From Candidatus Borrarchaeum weybense (lineage in GTDB: Archaea > Asgardarchaeota > Sifarchaeia > Borrarchaeales > Borrarchaeaceae): a stretch of 64,000 nt of DNA. Within the stretch, counting starts at the first letter, position 1. The number at the start of each line of letters is the position of its first letter. The notes under the pieces are model-generated. The model did not search any database, was not told the DNA's origin, and saw only the letters and a program-made list of their open reading frames with translations. The stretch covers positions 1 to 64,000 of the forward strand of contig JAHQJS010000006.1 in NCBI GenBank assembly GCA_019057385.1, written 5' to 3'. A program made the translations under genes and the position numbers. This document shows, piece after piece, positions 61,887 to 64,000 of the stretch.

Positions 61887-62145
61887 ATCTACATAAAATC
61901 TTGTTTAGACCTGTAATGTCCCCTTTAAGCAAATTATCGCTAGAAAAAATGGTATCAATAATTATGCTTATTCTTCAAGAATTGGCATTTTAAGAACATA
62001 TGCATACCAGATATCATATTTGTTTCATTGAAAATATAGCTAATGGCAACATATTTTAGACGTTGTTTGCGGAAATAGCTTTTTAGTGAAATAATATAGT
62101 TGCTAACAAGAGGATCTAGATTATTTGGATAGATCTAAATAGAAA
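61883..62145 (+). pseudogene. Methyltransferase gene remnant
   Basis: ATG overlaps the upstream stop; across frames reads H.H.RYH..FIENI...LDVVCGN (motif I relic)...IDLN, with stops. Confidence 0.5.
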
Positions 62146-62183
62146 TTTGGGTTGTAGTAAAATCAATATAAGGGATCTAAAAC

Positions 62184-63191
62184 ATGATAAATGAATCAAA
62201 AATCAGTGTAGTAATGTCGGTCTTCAACGGAGAAAAATATCTTGGTGAAGCTGTTGATAGCATCCTAAATCAAACCTTCAAAGATTTTGAATTCATTGTC
62301 ATAAATGATGGCTCTACCGATGGCACACGAGAGATTCTTGAGTCATATAATGATTCACGTATTGTTTTAATTCACCAAGAAAACATAGGGTTAACAAAAT
62401 CCTTAAATAAAGGGATCGCACTGGCAAAAGGAGAATATATTGCACGCCAGGATGCCGATGATATTTCAATGCCCGAAAGACTTGAAAAACAGATCGAATT
62501 CTTAGAAAATCATAAAAATATTGTTCTCCTTGGCACTGCAATAAAATGTATTGACATTAATGGAGTTCATCTCAAAACAGTTAAATACCCACATGACTAT
62601 ACTTCCATCCGGAAGGCCATAAATCGATTTAATTGCTTTTATCATGGTTCAGTAATTTTTAAACGGCACTGTTTTCTTGAACTAGGAGGTTATCGGGAAT
62701 TTTTCATAAAATCACAAGATTACGACTTGTGGCTGAGGTTTGTAGAAAAATTTGAGGCTGCAAATTTATCACTTCCTCTATATAAATACCGTTTCAGCCG
62801 CACTTCTTTTGCGTTTAATAACCTTGTTTCCAAAAAAAGAATGGCAAAATTCGCAAGACAATTGAATAACACAAGAAAGAGTGAGGTTAATAAGCAAAGT
62901 CTCATTCAAGATTTAAAGATTTTTTTTAAATCTCCATTATCATTAGCAGAAAAAAAAGATATACTTCAAATCTACAATCACTGGGCTGAATTGTTGTTAG
63001 TAAATAATATTAAAAAAGAAGCCTTTCTACTGCTTGATGACTCTTTTGAAAATCTCCCTTCTTACCTATACAAATTTCTCTTTAGAATTGTTAAGTTTAC
63101 TCGCTCATCGTTTCTCCTCAGGATGCTTATAAAATTGATTAAAATGTTTTTGATATTGCCAACTCCAAGTTTTTACATATATCTTGTCTAA
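62184..63191 (+). CDS. GT2 glycosyltransferase
   Basis: ISVVMSVFN, INDGSTD, ARQDADD, QDYDLW. Confidence 0.93.
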   Translation: MINESKISVVMSVFNGEKYLGEAVDSILNQTFKDFEFIVINDGSTDGTREILESYNDSRIVLIHQENIGLTKSLNKGIALAKGEYIARQDADDISMPERLEKQIEFLENHKNIVLLGTAIKCIDINGVHLKTVKYPHDYTSIRKAINRFNCFYHGSVIFKRHCFLELGGYREFFIKSQDYDLWLRFVEKFEAANLSLPLYKYRFSRTSFAFNNLVSKKRMAKFARQLNNTRKSEVNKQSLIQDLKIFFKSPLSLAEKKDILQIYNHWAELLLVNNIKKEAFLLLDDSFENLPSYLYKFLFRIVKFTRSSFLLRMLIKLIKMFLILPTPSFYIYLV

Positions 63192-63229
63192 AGATACCTA
63201 GAATTCATGGGGGTTGTTCGGATGTGTAG

Positions 63230-63958
63230 TTAGTCGAACAATTCCTGTTTAGGGTAAGAATGAATAACGCAAGTATATAATGTGGCTCTACTAAATTTAA
63301 TCTTTTTCGCCTGAAAGTCTCTCTTTATTGCTATGCTTAAATCTCGATTATATGAACGTAAATCAAATTTTCTCTGCTTTAAATGTAAAAAATCCCTATG
63401 AAGGTCAAAAAAGTATTTATGGTGTACAGCATTACAGCTTTTACCTCCGAGAACAAACGTATAACAATTAGAAAAATCTGAATATAATGAGAGCATTCTG
63501 TTAATAGCCTGAAGAGTGTATTGTCGATAACCATGAACTCCATATGATCTTAAGGCCGATACAGGAGGTACAATGTGGATTTGTATGCAGGTATTATGAT
63601 TACGTTTTATTGAATCTCTTAATATAGCAAATAATTGAAGATCATTTCTATAGTGTTCTAAAAAGAAATTACTAATGATTAAATTTGTTTTTTTTGGTAT
63701 CTGTTTAATATTTTCAACATTGGCATTGATGACATTAAAACGAGAGTCTACTGCTCTCAATTTCTCCCATACCGCATAATTTTCCTCATATCCATTGTCG
63801 ATTCCAACATATTGTGAAACCTTTTGCGTCAAATTATCAATCCACTTAAAAAGTAAGCCATTTCCGCAACCTAGTTCAAGGACATGGAGACTGTCAAGCT
63901 CTGTCACAACTTTTTCCCAAGGGAAATAATTCAAAAAAAATCTAGCCATAAGACGCAT
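63230..63958 (-). CDS. Class I SAM-dependent methyltransferase (5' end may lie further upstream)
   Basis: VLELGCGNG, GID, FLEH, HGYRQY. Confidence 0.8.
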   Translation of the reverse strand: MRLMARFFLNYFPWEKVVTELDSLHVLELGCGNGLLFKWIDNLTQKVSQYVGIDNGYEENYAVWEKLRAVDSRFNVINANVENIKQIPKKTNLIISNFFLEHYRNDLQLFAILRDSIKRNHNTCIQIHIVPPVSALRSYGVHGYRQYTLQAINRMLSLYSDFSNCYTFVLGGKSCNAVHHKYFFDLHRDFLHLKQRKFDLRSYNRDLSIAIKRDFQAKKIKFSRATLYTCVIHSYPKQELFD

Positions 63959-64000
63959 AGGCGATGCGCGATCTACTTTCTTCTTTGACGGGTATTCATA

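Overview
AT-rich archaeal chromosomal window, most likely from an Asgard archaeon. The evidence is two tandem longin-like eukaryotic-signature proteins, H4MPT C1-pathway genes and GGTGA-type ribosome-binding sites; the taxonomy is inferred, not searched. The first ~17 kb holds housekeeping and energy genes: ATP-cone/Mrr nuclease, cooT, purB, mch, fwdC, ftr, an HTH-CBS regulator, a CARDB surface protein and hypD. A frameshifted tnpB and other mobile debris sit between fwdC and ftr. At 9.85-14.0 kb is an uncharacterised divergent locus. On the minus strand it has two microproteins and two longin-like paralogues; on the plus strand, an ExeA-like AAA+ ATPase with a C-terminal winged helix and a degenerate alkaline-phosphatase-fold protein. 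The 500-bp spacer between the arms carries a perfect 12-bp palindrome and eight same-strand copies of ATGSASTT, and this locus is the best candidate for an undescribed system. From ~17.4 kb to the end is a >46-kb surface-glycosylation island: wecB, nine GT4, one GT2, four GT-C, Wzx, Wzm/Wzt, seven SAM methyltransferases, a B12 radical SAM, ATP-grasp, deacetylase, GNAT and two pseudogenes. Four IS200/IS605 right-end (TnpB omega-RNA-like) relics are scattered through the window, including a 192-bp MITE whose removal restores the host reading frame. No rRNA, tRNA or CRISPR array was seen. All calls come from motif recognition by eye.
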